A stretch of 64,000 nt of DNA from Sedimentisphaerales bacterium (GTDB lineage: Bacteria; Planctomycetota; Phycisphaerae; Sedimentisphaerales; Anaerobacaceae), in NCBI GenBank assembly GCA_040772485.1, contig JAXGYC010000007.1:1-64000 (forward strand), in the 5' to 3' direction. This document shows, piece by piece, positions 9,784 through 20,778 of this stretch. The notes under the pieces were generated by a model. It did not search any database. It saw nothing but the letters and a program-made list of their open reading frames with translations, and was not told the DNA's origin. How positions within the stretch are numbered: the stretch's first letter is position 1; each line of letters begins with the position of its first letter. The position numbers were made by a program, and so were the translations under genes.

Positions 9784-11007
9784 CTACGGCAGCGCCGAAG
9801 TAATCTCGGCAATTGTCACTCCCAACAGCGTCTTTGCGATGGGGTCCAACTCCGCCTTTTCCCCTACCAGATGGAACGTGCGATGCGTGTGGACGATGCT
9901 CTGTCCGGGCGCGAGGGCCGCCGCGGGAGAGGACGTCTCCAGCTCATAAAACGGTCCCATGGGTTTGGCGCCGGGCGTGGCCGGACCGTCGTTGTAGGAG
10001 TTGATCGTATCGCCGCGGAAGGGTTCGTCCTGAAGCTCCCACATGGAGTTGACGTAGTCCAACACGCCCTGCGGCTTGTTGTACTGCACGATGGTCAGGA
10101 CCTGGTTGGCCGCGTCGTAGCTGCCCAGGACGTTTCTGGCACGTTTCGGCGTCAGGCCGATCTTGCTCCGGTATTGCCCGTCTCCGCTGAAGAACAGGAC
10201 GCCGTCCTTGACCACGAGCCGGGAGGCGGGCACTTTGCCGAAGTAGGTGTCATTCACGACCGGGCCAAGCCGGGTTTCCGGGCCGACGTTGAACGGCACG
10301 ACGATCGTCGTCTGGGGCGACGGATTGAACATCCCGAGAATCCAGATGGACAGCAGGCCCGTTTGCCTGGTCCATGGCTCGGCCCCGGCGTTCGTCATCC
10401 GGTTGCTCGATTCGAACGCGACCATCTTCACCGAAGGGCCGACCGGCGCGCCGAGCTGCTCGATGGCCTGATCGCGGTCGAGCACATTGATCTCCCGGTC
10501 CACCTGCACGTCGAACGTGGTGCCGGAGTAGTTCACCAACCTCATCGTCCGTCGGAAACTGGCCGCGTCCGCCGTCTTCGAGACCACCTCAAACGGCTCG
10601 GTGTCGATCGCAGCGGGAGTCTGCCAGTGGTCGAAGTCGAACGGTACGTCCTTGGCGAAGAAAATGGAGAACTGCCCGCCTTCCGGACCGATCCAGAAGC
10701 GGTCTTCTCCGCCATAGGGGTTCATGTGTTTCAGCGTCTGGCCCGAGGCGATGAGCTCGCGATTGATCCAGCCGAAGCTCTTGCCGCCGGGGCCCCCTGC
10801 CGTACTGGTCATAATGCGTCCCTGCATCGCCGGGACGACGACGACCTGGCCGCTGCCGGAGCGGTCTTGCAGGACGACCACCTCGGCGTGCTTCTGGAGG
10901 AACGAAACATCGCCTCCAAAGGTCTGGTCTTCCGTGTTCGAGTCGGCTGTCGCACAGCCGGCCAAAGCCATCGCTGCGAGGAACAAACCAATTGCTCGTC
11001 GGCCCAT
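9784..11007 (-). CDS. Conserved lipoprotein of unknown function (DUF6786-like)
   Basis: Lipobox LAGC; GGEDRFWIGPEGGQ and GPFYELETSSP motifs; GGGAG RBS. Confidence 0.75.
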   Translation of the reverse strand: MGRRAIGLFLAAMALAGCATADSNTEDQTFGGDVSFLQKHAEVVVLQDRSGSGQVVVVPAMQGRIMTSTAGGPGGKSFGWINRELIASGQTLKHMNPYGGEDRFWIGPEGGQFSIFFAKDVPFDFDHWQTPAAIDTEPFEVVSKTADAASFRRTMRLVNYSGTTFDVQVDREINVLDRDQAIEQLGAPVGPSVKMVAFESSNRMTNAGAEPWTRQTGLLSIWILGMFNPSPQTTIVVPFNVGPETRLGPVVNDTYFGKVPASRLVVKDGVLFFSGDGQYRSKIGLTPKRARNVLGSYDAANQVLTIVQYNKPQGVLDYVNSMWELQDEPFRGDTINSYNDGPATPGAKPMGPFYELETSSPAAALAPGQSIVHTHRTFHLVGEKAELDPIAKTLLGVTIAEITSALP

Positions 11008-11403
11008 TCTGAGTCTCCCTTCATTTGCCTGATCGTCCATCTATCCACAGCAGCCCGCACGCGACCGCTGTCACGCCGAGCGTCTCAACGATAGTCGATC
11101 CGCCCCGTGTAATCAAGTCCCCTTCCAGGCGGTCGGACGGGAATCGCGAGGGCGTCGCTGTTCACGACAGGACCGGCTTCAGGGCGGCCCTCGACATCCA
11201 GGCCGGAACCCCAATTGGAGGCATGTCCGACGGTTTTTGCTTGACCGCCATAGAGCGATTGGCTATTGATTAACGACTATTTGCAGCCGTTTTTCCGGGC
11301 GGTGCAGCGCGTACCGGGTGGCGGCGAACCGTGTTCGCCGTCGTCCGTCGGATGCTCTGGTGTACCGATCCAGCGAGGGCGAATCGCGCGAGCCGGCCGG
11401 ACA

Positions 11404-12744
11404 ATGACAGGGGACTCTGTGGAAGACAAACGCGTACGAGTTGGGTTGGTCGGCTTCGGAACCGTCGGCACCGGCGTCGCCAAACTGATCTGCGAAGGGG
11501 CCGACGCCATCGCCGAGAAGATGGGCGTGCGCCTGGAACTGGGCTGTGTAGTGGACCTGGATACGACGACGCCTCGCCCGGTGCGGCTGCCCGAAGGCGT
11601 GCTGACCAATGACATCCAGCGGCTGCTGGCCGACCCGGGCATCACGGTTGGCGTCGAGCTGGTCGGAGGCACGGGTGTCGCCAAGGCGATCCAGCTCGAC
11701 ATGCTCCGCGCCGGCAAGGACGTGGTTACCGCCAACAAGGCCCTGCTGGCCGAGCACGGCGCGGAACTGTATCACGCGGCCCGCCAGTGCGGCCGGTGCA
11801 TCGCCTTCGAGGCCAGTTGCGCCGGCGGCGTTCCCATCATCGGCGCCATCCGCACCGGTCTGGCCGCCAACAACGTCCGCGCCATGTACGGGATCGTCAA
11901 CGGCACCTGCAACTATATCCTCTCAAACATGAGCGCCAAGGACGAGGAATTCGCCGTGGCGCTGAGCCAGGCCCAGAAGCGGGGATTCGCGGAGGCCGAT
12001 CCGACGCTGGACATCACCGGCGGTGACAGCGCCCACAAGCTGGCCATCCTGGCCTCCATGGCGTTCGGATACGAGATCTCTCTGGAAGATATCTATGTCC
12101 AGGGCATCGACGGCATCGCCAAGGAGGATATCCAGTACGGTCGCGAGATGGGCTATTGCCTCAAACTCCTGGCGATCGGGCTCAAGGACGATCGCGGCAG
12201 GGTCTCGCTGCGCGTGCATCCATCCTTCATCGCGGCCGGCTGTTCACTGGCCAGGGTCGACGGCTCGTTCAATGCGATCAGCATCTTCGGCAGCGCCGTC
12301 GGCGAGACGCTCTACTATGGGCGCGGCGCCGGCATGATGCCCACCGCCAGCGCCGTGGTGGCCGACATCATCGACGTGGCCCTGGGCAATTCCCGGACAA
12401 CGTTCGAGCACCTGCGGCTCAAGCCGCGAGAGGAAGTGATTCCCCTCATCGAAGACATCAATGACACGGTGAGCCGGTTCTATATCCGGGTCATGGCCAA
12501 AGACGTGCCGGGCGTTGTCGCCTGCTACGGCAGAATTCTCGGAGACCACGGAATCAGCATCCGCGGCGCCCTTCAGCACGAAGGCCGCGGGCCCGACAAC
12601 ACCGTGCCGGTGGTCATCACGACCCATCGGACACAGGAGCGCAACATGGCGGCGGCTCTGGCCGAGCTGGCCCAGTCGGAGTTCTTCGGCCCGCAGCCGG
12701 TATGCATTCGAATTGAGGATATCCCCGAGGACCGGGATGTCTGA
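11404..12744 (+). CDS. hom: Homoserine dehydrogenase with C-terminal ACT domain
   Basis: GFGTVG, VVTANKA, FEASCAGGVP, GIVNGTCNYIL, AEADPT; start 11404 or GTG at 11419. Confidence 0.95.
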   Translation: MTGDSVEDKRVRVGLVGFGTVGTGVAKLICEGADAIAEKMGVRLELGCVVDLDTTTPRPVRLPEGVLTNDIQRLLADPGITVGVELVGGTGVAKAIQLDMLRAGKDVVTANKALLAEHGAELYHAARQCGRCIAFEASCAGGVPIIGAIRTGLAANNVRAMYGIVNGTCNYILSNMSAKDEEFAVALSQAQKRGFAEADPTLDITGGDSAHKLAILASMAFGYEISLEDIYVQGIDGIAKEDIQYGREMGYCLKLLAIGLKDDRGRVSLRVHPSFIAAGCSLARVDGSFNAISIFGSAVGETLYYGRGAGMMPTASAVVADIIDVALGNSRTTFEHLRLKPREEVIPLIEDINDTVSRFYIRVMAKDVPGVVACYGRILGDHGISIRGALQHEGRGPDNTVPVVITTHRTQERNMAAALAELAQSEFFGPQPVCIRIEDIPEDRDV

Positions 12745-12804
12745 GCACGCGCGACCGGCGGCGGGAGTTGCAGTTCGCCTTCGGATTCGCCGATCAGGTA
12801 AGCT

Positions 12805-14001
12805 ATGACAAAGTACGCAATCATCGTCCCGGATGGAGCGGCCGACGAGCCGATCGAACTGTTTGGCGGCAAGACCGCTCTCGAAGCCGCCGAGACGCCG
12901 AACATGGACCGGATCACCACGCAGGGCCGACAGGGTCTTGTGCGGACGGTCCCTGGCGGCATGGACCCGGGCAGCGACGTAGCCCAGATGAGCCTGCTGG
13001 GATACGATCCGGCACGCTACTACACCGGCCGGGCGCCCATCGAGGCGGCGGCGCAGGGGATCAAGCTCGGGGCCTCCGACTGGGTCTTCCGCTGCAACCT
13101 GGTGACGATCGCCGACGGCAAGATGGCCGATCACAGTGCCGGGCACATCACGACAGAAGAAGGGGCCAGCCTGCTCCGGGATCTGCAAACACGAATCACG
13201 GACGAGCGATTGTCATTCCATCCCGGCGTCAGCTACCGGCATCTGCTCGTGTGCCGAGGGATGGATTTCGACGTCCGGACCTATCCCCCGCACGATCACA
13301 TCGGCACCGCGGTCGAGAAACTTCTGCCGCGCGGCAAAGGGGCGGACATGCTCATCGAACTGATGAACCTGTCGCGGCAGGTCTTCGCCGATCACGACGT
13401 CAACCGGGTCCGCCGCGATCTCGGCGAGAATCAAGTCAGCTCGATCTGGCTCTGGGGCCAGGGCAAGCGGGCGCATCTGGAGAGCTTCCGCAAGCGGTTC
13501 GACGTCAGCGGTGCGGCGATCACGGCAGTCGATCTCGTGCGTGGCCTGGCCAGGCTGGTGGGCTTCGACCTGATCGAGGTCCCCGGCGCCACAGGGCTGT
13601 TCGACACCAACTACCAGGGCAAAGCCGCCGCGGCAATAAAGGCCCTCGAAGACCACGATCTGGTTTTTGTGCATATCGAAGCGCCGGACGAGGCGTCGCA
13701 CGGGGGCCACGCCGAGATCAAGAAGGCTGCGATCGAACAGGTGGATAAGCACATCGTCGGACCCGTGCTGGAGGCCCTGGAGCGTTTCGAGAGTTGGCGC
13801 ATCCTGGTCCTGCCCGATCATCCCACGCCGGTGCGCCATGGAGCCCACTCGGCCGAGCCGGTCCCGTTTGCCATGGCCGGCACGGGCGTGACCGGAATTC
13901 TCCACCTCGGTTTCGGAGAGTCCAACGCCGCCAGGTCGGGATTCCGGATCGAGAACGGATGTGAACTCATGGAGTATTTTCTCAAGAGCGCGGGCCGATA
14001 G
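12805..14001 (+). CDS. apgM: ApgM-family cofactor-independent phosphoglycerate mutase / proposed homoserine kinase
   Basis: PDGAAD, PGSDVA, HIEAPDEASH, PDHPTP (alkaline phosphatase superfamily metal ligands). Confidence 0.85.
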   Translation: MTKYAIIVPDGAADEPIELFGGKTALEAAETPNMDRITTQGRQGLVRTVPGGMDPGSDVAQMSLLGYDPARYYTGRAPIEAAAQGIKLGASDWVFRCNLVTIADGKMADHSAGHITTEEGASLLRDLQTRITDERLSFHPGVSYRHLLVCRGMDFDVRTYPPHDHIGTAVEKLLPRGKGADMLIELMNLSRQVFADHDVNRVRRDLGENQVSSIWLWGQGKRAHLESFRKRFDVSGAAITAVDLVRGLARLVGFDLIEVPGATGLFDTNYQGKAAAAIKALEDHDLVFVHIEAPDEASHGGHAEIKKAAIEQVDKHIVGPVLEALERFESWRILVLPDHPTPVRHGAHSAEPVPFAMAGTGVTGILHLGFGESNAARSGFRIENGCELMEYFLKSAGR

Positions 14002-14064
14002 GGAGCCGGGCAACCGTGCGATGAATGCTGTAGTCACGGAGGGGGAACCACAAAAGGGGACACC

Positions 14065-15429
14065 ATGAAAGTCGCGAAATTCGGCGGATCGTCCGTAGCG
14101 GACGCCAAGCAGATATTGAAGGTGATCGAGATCATCAAGGCCGACCCGGACCGGCGGATCGTCGTGGTCTCGGCGCCGGGCAAGCGTTGCTCCAAAGACA
14201 TCAAAGTGACCGACCTGCTCATTGCCCTGGCCGATGCCGTCATTGCGGGCCGGCCCTATGAGCAGGAACTGGCTGGGGTGGTCGGACGATACGCTGAGAT
14301 CCAGCGGGAGTTAGGTCTGGACGCCTCCATCGTCGGCGAGATCGAGTCCGATCTGCGAGATCGCATCGCTCGTCGTTCCAGCAACAACGCCCAATTCATG
14401 GATACGATCAAGGCGTCCGGTGAAGACAACAATGCCAAGATTGTCGCGCAGGTCTTCGTCAACCAGGGCATCCCGGCTCGTTACGTCGATCCGAAGGAGG
14501 CCGGTCTGCTCCTGAGCGACGATTTCGGCAACGCCCAGGTCCTGCCTGAGTCCTTTCTCAACCTCAAGTCGTTGCGAGAGACGCAAGAGATCATCATCTT
14601 CCCCGGGTTCTTTGGCTACACACGCCAGGGAGAGGTCGCCACGTTTCCCCGCGGCGGCTCGGATATCACCGGCGCCATCCTGGCGGCGGCCGTCGAGGCC
14701 GATGTCTATGAGAACTTCACCGACGTCGATTCGGTGTTCGCTCTGGACCCCCGCATCGTGCCCGATGCGCCGGCGATCAACCTCCTGACGTTCCGGGAAA
14801 TGCGGGAATTGTCGTATGCCGGGTTCGGCGTATTCCACGATGAGGCCATCGTCCCCGCGGTCCGCGCCAAGGTCCCGATCTGCATCAAGAACACCAATCG
14901 GCCCGAAGCGCCCGGCACGATGATCGTGGCCGAACGCAAGTACGAGCAGGGGGAGATCACCGGTATCGCCAGCGCCGACGGATTCAGCGCGATCTTTCTG
15001 CACAAGTACATGATGAACCGGGAGCTGGGCTTCGGCCGGCGTTTGCTCCAGGTCCTGGAAGACGAGCGCCTGTCGTTTGAGCATGCCCCGTCGGGGATCG
15101 ACGACATGTCGGTGATCCTGCGAAGCGCGCCGCTGACGCCGGAGAAAGAGGAGCAGGTGCTCACGCGGATTCGCACCGAGCTCCAGGTGGACGATGTGAC
15201 GATCGAGCACGGTCTCTCACTGGTCATGATCGTCGGAGAAGGCATGCGGTACGCGGTCGGTGTGGCCGCCAGGGCATGTGCCGCCCTGGCGGATGCCGGC
15301 GTCAATATCGAGATGATCAACCAGGGCTCCTCCGAAATCAGCATCATGTTCGGCGTCAAGGAGATCGACCGCAAGCACGCGGTCCAGGCCCTGGGCCACG
15401 CGCTGCTCAAAACAGGCAAGGTCCATTGA
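14065..15429 (+). CDS. lysC: Aspartate kinase
   Basis: KFGGSSVA, VVVSAPGK, RGGSDITG, DPRIV, two ACT domains. Confidence 0.93.
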   Translation: MKVAKFGGSSVADAKQILKVIEIIKADPDRRIVVVSAPGKRCSKDIKVTDLLIALADAVIAGRPYEQELAGVVGRYAEIQRELGLDASIVGEIESDLRDRIARRSSNNAQFMDTIKASGEDNNAKIVAQVFVNQGIPARYVDPKEAGLLLSDDFGNAQVLPESFLNLKSLRETQEIIIFPGFFGYTRQGEVATFPRGGSDITGAILAAAVEADVYENFTDVDSVFALDPRIVPDAPAINLLTFREMRELSYAGFGVFHDEAIVPAVRAKVPICIKNTNRPEAPGTMIVAERKYEQGEITGIASADGFSAIFLHKYMMNRELGFGRRLLQVLEDERLSFEHAPSGIDDMSVILRSAPLTPEKEEQVLTRIRTELQVDDVTIEHGLSLVMIVGEGMRYAVGVAARACAALADAGVNIEMINQGSSEISIMFGVKEIDRKHAVQALGHALLKTGKVH

Positions 15430-16079
15430 CCCGGCCGCGACGACCAACTCGCGTTTGGAGCAGACGCGCGCGGGTGGTTCTGACCGGCGCGAGTCTCGTG
15501 GGACTCGTCCTGCTGGTCTGGCTCGACCGGAGCGTGATCTCCCCTCGCCGCATCGCGCACGGCGAGTCGCCCGGACAATCCGCCGCTCGGGACAGGACCC
15601 GCTATCACGGCAAGGCGTTCCGTGTCGTCTCCGTCCTGGACGGCGACACGGTGGACGTGGACGCGCCCGACGGCCAACACGCGACGACAAGGGTTCGTCT
15701 GCTCGGGATCGATGCGCCCGAGATGAACTACAAAGATCGCCGTCCCGCCCGCTTCGCCGAAGAAGCGACGGCGTTTACACGCACGCGGATCTCCGGCAGA
15801 CACGTGACCGTGCACCTCGACGAAGGCGATCGCACGCGGTGCAATTATGGCAGATTGCTCGCCTACCTGGAGCTCGACGACGGCACGGTGCTCAACGAGG
15901 CGCTGCTGACCGACGGGTACGCCTACGCCGACCTGCGGTTCAAACACAACTACTTCCACAAGTACGGGCAACTGGAGGCCAGCGCCCGTGCGTTGCGAAA
16001 AGGGTTGTGGGCCGAGGTGACGCGGGACGATCTGCCCGACTGGCTCCAGCGGATGCGGCCCAACCTTCTGGCGGATTGA
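15426..16079 (+). CDS. Thermonuclease (SNase-like) family protein, membrane anchored
   Basis: DGDT, RLLGIDAPE, YGRLLAY, NEALL, KGLW; TTG start overlaps the aspartokinase stop. Confidence 0.88.
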   Translation: MTRPRRPTRVWSRRARVVLTGASLVGLVLLVWLDRSVISPRRIAHGESPGQSAARDRTRYHGKAFRVVSVLDGDTVDVDAPDGQHATTRVRLLGIDAPEMNYKDRRPARFAEEATAFTRTRISGRHVTVHLDEGDRTRCNYGRLLAYLELDDGTVLNEALLTDGYAYADLRFKHNYFHKYGQLEASARALRKGLWAEVTRDDLPDWLQRMRPNLLAD

Positions 16080-16105
16080 GACCGTCGCCCGCCGCGCAAG
16101 ACAGA

Positions 16106-17473
16106 TTACAGGTTGTACTCTTTGATCTTGCGGTAGAGCGTGCGCTCGCCGATGCCGAGAATCTTAGCGGCTTTCTCGCGATTGCCCTCGGTCCTGGCGA
16201 GCGTATCGACGATGGCTTTCTTTTCGATATCGTTGAGCGAGACGCCGGCCAAGTTTGAAGGCGAGGCGCTGGCGCCGGTCAGTTGGCGCCGGCGCGAAAT
16301 CTCCGGCGGGATGTCCTGAACGTCGAGCCGGTCCCGATCGCACATCACGACCATGGTCCGAACGGCGTTCTTGAGCTGCCGGACATTGCCGGGCCAGTCG
16401 TGGCCCACCAGGATCTGCATCGCCGCGTCGCTGACGCCACGCACGTTCGAGCCGATCTCCTCGACCGCCTCCTGCAGGAAATGCTCCACGAGCAGCGGAA
16501 TGTCTTCCGGACGCTCCCGCAACGCCGGCAGCGACACGTTGACCCCTTTGATCCGAAAATACAGGTCCTCGCGAAACTTGTTCTGTTCGATCAGTCTGCT
16601 CAGGCTGTGATTGGTGGCACTGATGATCCGCACATCCACCGAAATCGCCTTGCTGGAACCGACGGGGATGACCAGGCCGTCTTCGAGAACGCGCAGCAGC
16701 TTGGCCTGCATGGTCAGAGGCATATCCCCGATCTCGTCGAGAAACAGCGTGCCCTCGTGGGCGATTTCAAAGAGTCCCTTGCGGTCGGTGTTGGCGCCGG
16801 TGAAGGCGCCCTTGACGTGCCCGAACAGCTCGCTTTCGAGCAGGGTTTCCGTCAGGCCGGCGCAGTTGACCGGCCGGAACGGCTTGGTGCGACGCAGCGA
16901 GTTGCCGTGGATCGCCCGGGCCAGAAGCTCCTTGCCTGTTCCGGAGGGCCCTTCGATCAGCACGGCGATGTTCGTGGGCGCGACGCGACGGACGATCTCA
17001 AAGATCCCCTGCATGGCCGGGCTGTTGCCCTTGATGCCTTCGAAGAGAAAGCCTTCCTGGTTTCGCTCCGACGGCGTGCGTCCCTGATCGGCGCTGGCGG
17101 CCTTGCGGCTGGCCTGCTCCACCAGCGTGCGCAACTGGTCGATGTCGAGCGGCTTGACCAGATAGTCGAACGCCCCTTGTTTGATCGCCTCTTTGCAGTT
17201 TTCGATCGTCGCATAGGCCGTGATCAGAATCACCTGGGTCGAATCGCTGTGCTGCCGGGCCTCGCGCAGCACGTCCAGGCCGTCGGCCTGCCCTTCCAGC
17301 TTCAGATCCGTCACGACCACGTCCACCCGGCGGCGACGCACCATCTCGATGGCGTCCTCGCCGGTGTAGACCGCCAGAGCCTTGACCGGCAGACGCTCCA
17401 GGGCCTCGACGATCCCGTCGGCGTGGTCGCGCTCGTCGTCTACGACCAGAACCACAGCCTTGTGTTCCGTCAT
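16106..17473 (-). CDS. Sigma54-dependent response regulator (NtrC/AtoC family)
   Basis: Receiver, [31 protein letters not shown], Fis-type HTH. Confidence 0.95.
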   Translation of the reverse strand: MTEHKAVVLVVDDERDHADGIVEALERLPVKALAVYTGEDAIEMVRRRRVDVVVTDLKLEGQADGLDVLREARQHSDSTQVILITAYATIENCKEAIKQGAFDYLVKPLDIDQLRTLVEQASRKAASADQGRTPSERNQEGFLFEGIKGNSPAMQGIFEIVRRVAPTNIAVLIEGPSGTGKELLARAIHGNSLRRTKPFRPVNCAGLTETLLESELFGHVKGAFTGANTDRKGLFEIAHEGTLFLDEIGDMPLTMQAKLLRVLEDGLVIPVGSSKAISVDVRIISATNHSLSRLIEQNKFREDLYFRIKGVNVSLPALRERPEDIPLLVEHFLQEAVEEIGSNVRGVSDAAMQILVGHDWPGNVRQLKNAVRTMVVMCDRDRLDVQDIPPEISRRRQLTGASASPSNLAGVSLNDIEKKAIVDTLARTEGNREKAAKILGIGERTLYRKIKEYNL

Positions 17474-18324
17474 GGGTTCACCTCGTTCGACGCACGGGCC
17501 GCGCCCGCCAGCGGCAGCTCAATGGTGAAGGAGGTCCCTTTGCCGACCTCGCTGTGCACGGAGATCGTTCCGCCATGCGACTCCACGATCTTTTTGGCGG
17601 TCGCCAGACCCAGCCCCGTTCCGCCGGTACGGAACGAGCAATAGGGCTGGAAAATCGTGGTCAGCTTCTCCTCGGGTATCCCCCTGCCGGTGTCACTGAT
17701 CTGGATCACCGCCCTGCTCGGACGCGGCTGCGTCCGGATCATCAACTCGCCGCCACCGTCCATGGCCTGCTGCGCGTTGATCAGCAGGTTCAGCAGCACC
17801 TGTTTCAGGGCCCCGGCATCGACTCGGCAGATCAAGGGCTCGGCCGCAAGACTATGCCGCAGCGTGAGCGAATGGCTGTAGGCTTGGGGCAGATAGAAAT
17901 CGACCATGTCTCCGACCAGCTCATTGAGGTCCATCGTGACCAGTTGCAGGTCAGGACGCTTCACGTAGCGGAGAAAGCCGTCTACGATCTGTTCAAGCCG
18001 GTCTGTCTCCTTCTGGATCACTGTGATCTTCCTCATGGCACTGGACAGTCCCTGCTGGCACCGATCCAGAGCCGGCTTGCCTGGCTCGCGAAGATCGATA
18101 TCCTCCAGGGCCTCTTTCGTAAGCTTCAGGTTCACCTTGATGGTCGAGAGCGGATTCTTGATCTCATGGGCCAGCTCGCCTGTCAGACGCGTCAACGTCT
18201 CGTCAGGGTCCACCTGGGGCGCCTGTCCTGCGCCCGCCCGGCGCCTGACTTTGCGAAGCAAGAGCGCTGCGGCCGGAACCACGATCACAAGAGCCAGAAT
18301 GACTCCGCCGATAAACGCTTTCAC
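17470..18324 (-). CDS. Sensor histidine kinase (single TM)
   Basis: LAHEIKNPL, NLLINAQQA, DTGRGI, GTGLGL; probable GTG start. Confidence 0.9.
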   Translation of the reverse strand: MKAFIGGVILALVIVVPAAALLLRKVRRRAGAGQAPQVDPDETLTRLTGELAHEIKNPLSTIKVNLKLTKEALEDIDLREPGKPALDRCQQGLSSAMRKITVIQKETDRLEQIVDGFLRYVKRPDLQLVTMDLNELVGDMVDFYLPQAYSHSLTLRHSLAAEPLICRVDAGALKQVLLNLLINAQQAMDGGGELMIRTQPRPSRAVIQISDTGRGIPEEKLTTIFQPYCSFRTGGTGLGLATAKKIVESHGGTISVHSEVGKGTSFTIELPLAGAARASNEVNP

Positions 18325-18361
18325 GCGCCTGTCACCCCGCCTGGCTTTCCCCGGATGCCCC

Positions 18362-18436
18362 AAAAAGCAAGAGCCGAAAGATCAGAAGATCCGGCCTGGC
18401 TGTGGCCCGGTGTTGCGCCCTTCTGAGTTTCGGCTC
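18362..18436 (-). terminator. Probable intrinsic terminator after pnp
   Basis: Inverted repeat gagccgaaa..tcagaag / cttctga..tttcggctc, followed by TTGCTTTTT on the minus strand. Confidence 0.55.
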
Positions 18437-18486
18437 GGAACGATCTTCTCTTCTAACTCCGTCGGACCTGCTGCCGACGAAGGAAC

Positions 18487-20652
18487 CTATCGCTTGTCGT
18501 GGGGCCGAGGTTTCCTCTCTTCCTTGATGCCGAGTTCCGCCAAGGCGGCCTTCCGCGAAAGCTTGAGCCGGCCTTGGTCATCGATGGAGATGAGTTTGAC
18601 CGGGATCAGGTCCCCAAGCTTGCAGACGTCCTCGACCTGCTTGACGTAGCCTCCGCTCAGCTCGCTGATGTGACAAAGCCCCTCGACGCCCGGCGCGATC
18701 TCGACGAAGACGCCGAAGTCCTTGATCGTGACGACCTTGGAGTCCTTGTAGAGACGTCCGACCTCCGGCGGCTGCGTCATGGCCTCGATCATCGCCTTGG
18801 CCTTGAGGTGGCCGTCGCCACCGACGCAACTGATGAACACCGTGCCGTCCTCTTCGATCTCGATCGTCGTGTCGGTCTGCTCCTGGAGGCTCTTGATCAT
18901 CTTGCCGCCGGGGCCGATCACCTTTCCGATGAACTCCGGATCGATCTCGATCGTGATGAGCTTCGGAGCGTACTGGCTCAACTCAGAACGCGGCGCGCTG
19001 ATGGCCTTGCTCATGATCTCCAGGATGTGCTGGCGGGCGGTCCTGGCCCGCCCCAGCGCCTCGACCATGATCTGGTGCGGCAGCCCCTCGGCCTTGATGT
19101 CCAGTTGAATGGCGGTAATCCCCTCGGTCGTGCCGGCGACCTTGAAATCCATGTCGCCGAAATGATCTTCCTCTCCGATAATGTCGGTCAGCAGCTCGTA
19201 TCTGCCCTTGTCGTCACTGACCATGCCGACGGAGATGCCGGCGACCGCGCGGTTGATCGGCACGCCCGCGTCCATCAGGGCCAGCGAACCGCCGCAGACG
19301 GAGGCCATCGAGCTCGACCCGTTGGATTCGGTGATATCGGAGACCAGCCGCATCGTATAGGCGAATTTGTCTCCCGCCGGTCGCACGTTTTCGAGGGCAC
19401 GCTCGGCCAACGCTCCGTGGCCGATCTCTCGGCGACCCGGCCCCCGAATCGGCTTGACCTCGCCGACCGCGAACGGCGGGAAATTGTAATGATACGTGAA
19501 GCTCTGGCTATACTCGTCGAGCAGCCCGTCGATGATTTGGGCGTCGCGAATCGTGCCCAGAGTCACGCTTACGAGGGCTTGGGTCTCTCCACGAGTGAAG
19601 AGAGCCGAACCGTGGGTTCTGGGCAGCAGAGCCACCTCACAGGAGATGGGACGCACATCGTTGTAGCCGCGACCGTCGGGCCGCTTGCCGCTGAGAATCA
19701 TCTCTCGGACGACTTCGCATTCGATCTTGCTGAGAATCCGTTTGAGCATCGTCTTGAGCGCGGTCGCGTCCGCCGGCGATGCGGCAGAACCGTCGGCCGC
19801 CGCCGCCTCGATGTGTCGCGTTTGCACCTCGGCCAGGAACTCGTTGACCGCGTTGTTCCGCGCCTGCTTGCCCGGAATGTCTTTCAACTCGCGAAGTCGC
19901 CCCGAGATCTCCGCCTTGATCTTGGCGTACAGGTCCTGATTCAACTCCGCCAGGGGAATCTCTTTCTCGACACCCGCCTTCTGCTGGAGTTCCTCGATCA
20001 TCCCGATCACTTCCCGTACGGCTTCGTGCGCTTTGGCGATCGCCGCCGCGACGACGTCTTCGGGCAGTTCCTTGGCGCCGACCTCCAGCATGTTGATCGC
20101 TTCCTTGCGCCCTCCGACGAGCACGGCGATGTCGCTCTGTTCGGCCTGCTGGTAGGTCGGGTTGATCACGAACTCGCCGTCGACGCGACCCAAACGGCAC
20201 GTGCCGATCGGGCCCTGGAACGGGATCTTGCTGATCGACAGCGCCGCACTGGCGCCGATCATGGCGGGAATATCCGGATCGTTCTCGCGGTCCGCGCTCA
20301 GCACGGAGGCCATGATCTGGACTTCCTCGAAATACCCATCGGGGAACAATGGGCGGATCGGCCGATCGATCATGCGGGCCGTGAGGATCTCTTTGGTGCT
20401 CGGGCGGCCTTCCCGTTTGATGAACCCGCCCGGGAACTTGCCCGCGGCACTGTGCTTCTCGCGGTAATCGACGCTCAGGGGGAAGAAATCGATATCTTCA
20501 AATCGCGGAGGGGCCGTGACCGCGGTGACCAGAACGACCGTCTCGCCATACCGCACCATGACCGCTCCATCCGCCTGGCGGGCAATGCGCCCGGTCTCGA
20601 TGGTGAGCGTTCGGCCCCCGATTTCTCTCGAAACACTATGAACATCCGACAT
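18487..20652 (-). CDS. pnp: Polyribonucleotide nucleotidyltransferase (PNPase)
   Basis: FFPLSVDYRE, RREIGHG, SNGSSSMAS, GDMDFKVAG, KH and S1 domains. Confidence 0.98.
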   Translation of the reverse strand: MSDVHSVSREIGGRTLTIETGRIARQADGAVMVRYGETVVLVTAVTAPPRFEDIDFFPLSVDYREKHSAAGKFPGGFIKREGRPSTKEILTARMIDRPIRPLFPDGYFEEVQIMASVLSADRENDPDIPAMIGASAALSISKIPFQGPIGTCRLGRVDGEFVINPTYQQAEQSDIAVLVGGRKEAINMLEVGAKELPEDVVAAAIAKAHEAVREVIGMIEELQQKAGVEKEIPLAELNQDLYAKIKAEISGRLRELKDIPGKQARNNAVNEFLAEVQTRHIEAAAADGSAASPADATALKTMLKRILSKIECEVVREMILSGKRPDGRGYNDVRPISCEVALLPRTHGSALFTRGETQALVSVTLGTIRDAQIIDGLLDEYSQSFTYHYNFPPFAVGEVKPIRGPGRREIGHGALAERALENVRPAGDKFAYTMRLVSDITESNGSSSMASVCGGSLALMDAGVPINRAVAGISVGMVSDDKGRYELLTDIIGEEDHFGDMDFKVAGTTEGITAIQLDIKAEGLPHQIMVEALGRARTARQHILEIMSKAISAPRSELSQYAPKLITIEIDPEFIGKVIGPGGKMIKSLQEQTDTTIEIEEDGTVFISCVGGDGHLKAKAMIEAMTQPPEVGRLYKDSKVVTIKDFGVFVEIAPGVEGLCHISELSGGYVKQVEDVCKLGDLIPVKLISIDDQGRLKLSRKAALAELGIKEERKPRPHDKR

Positions 20653-20778
20653 AACTACCTCACTGGTTTGTGCGTATGTGCGCTAGCGAGCAAGAAGGCA
20701 TCCCACCTTCCGAACGAGCCGGCGTCGTTCACGTCGCGTGAGCGGTCTTGGCCCGTGGCAGTGATACACAGGGTTGTG

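Noticed and set aside
11241..11403. Lysine riboswitch or attenuator ahead of hom
   Set aside because: Only a weak promoter and one GC hairpin; no L-box signature, leader peptide or U-tract
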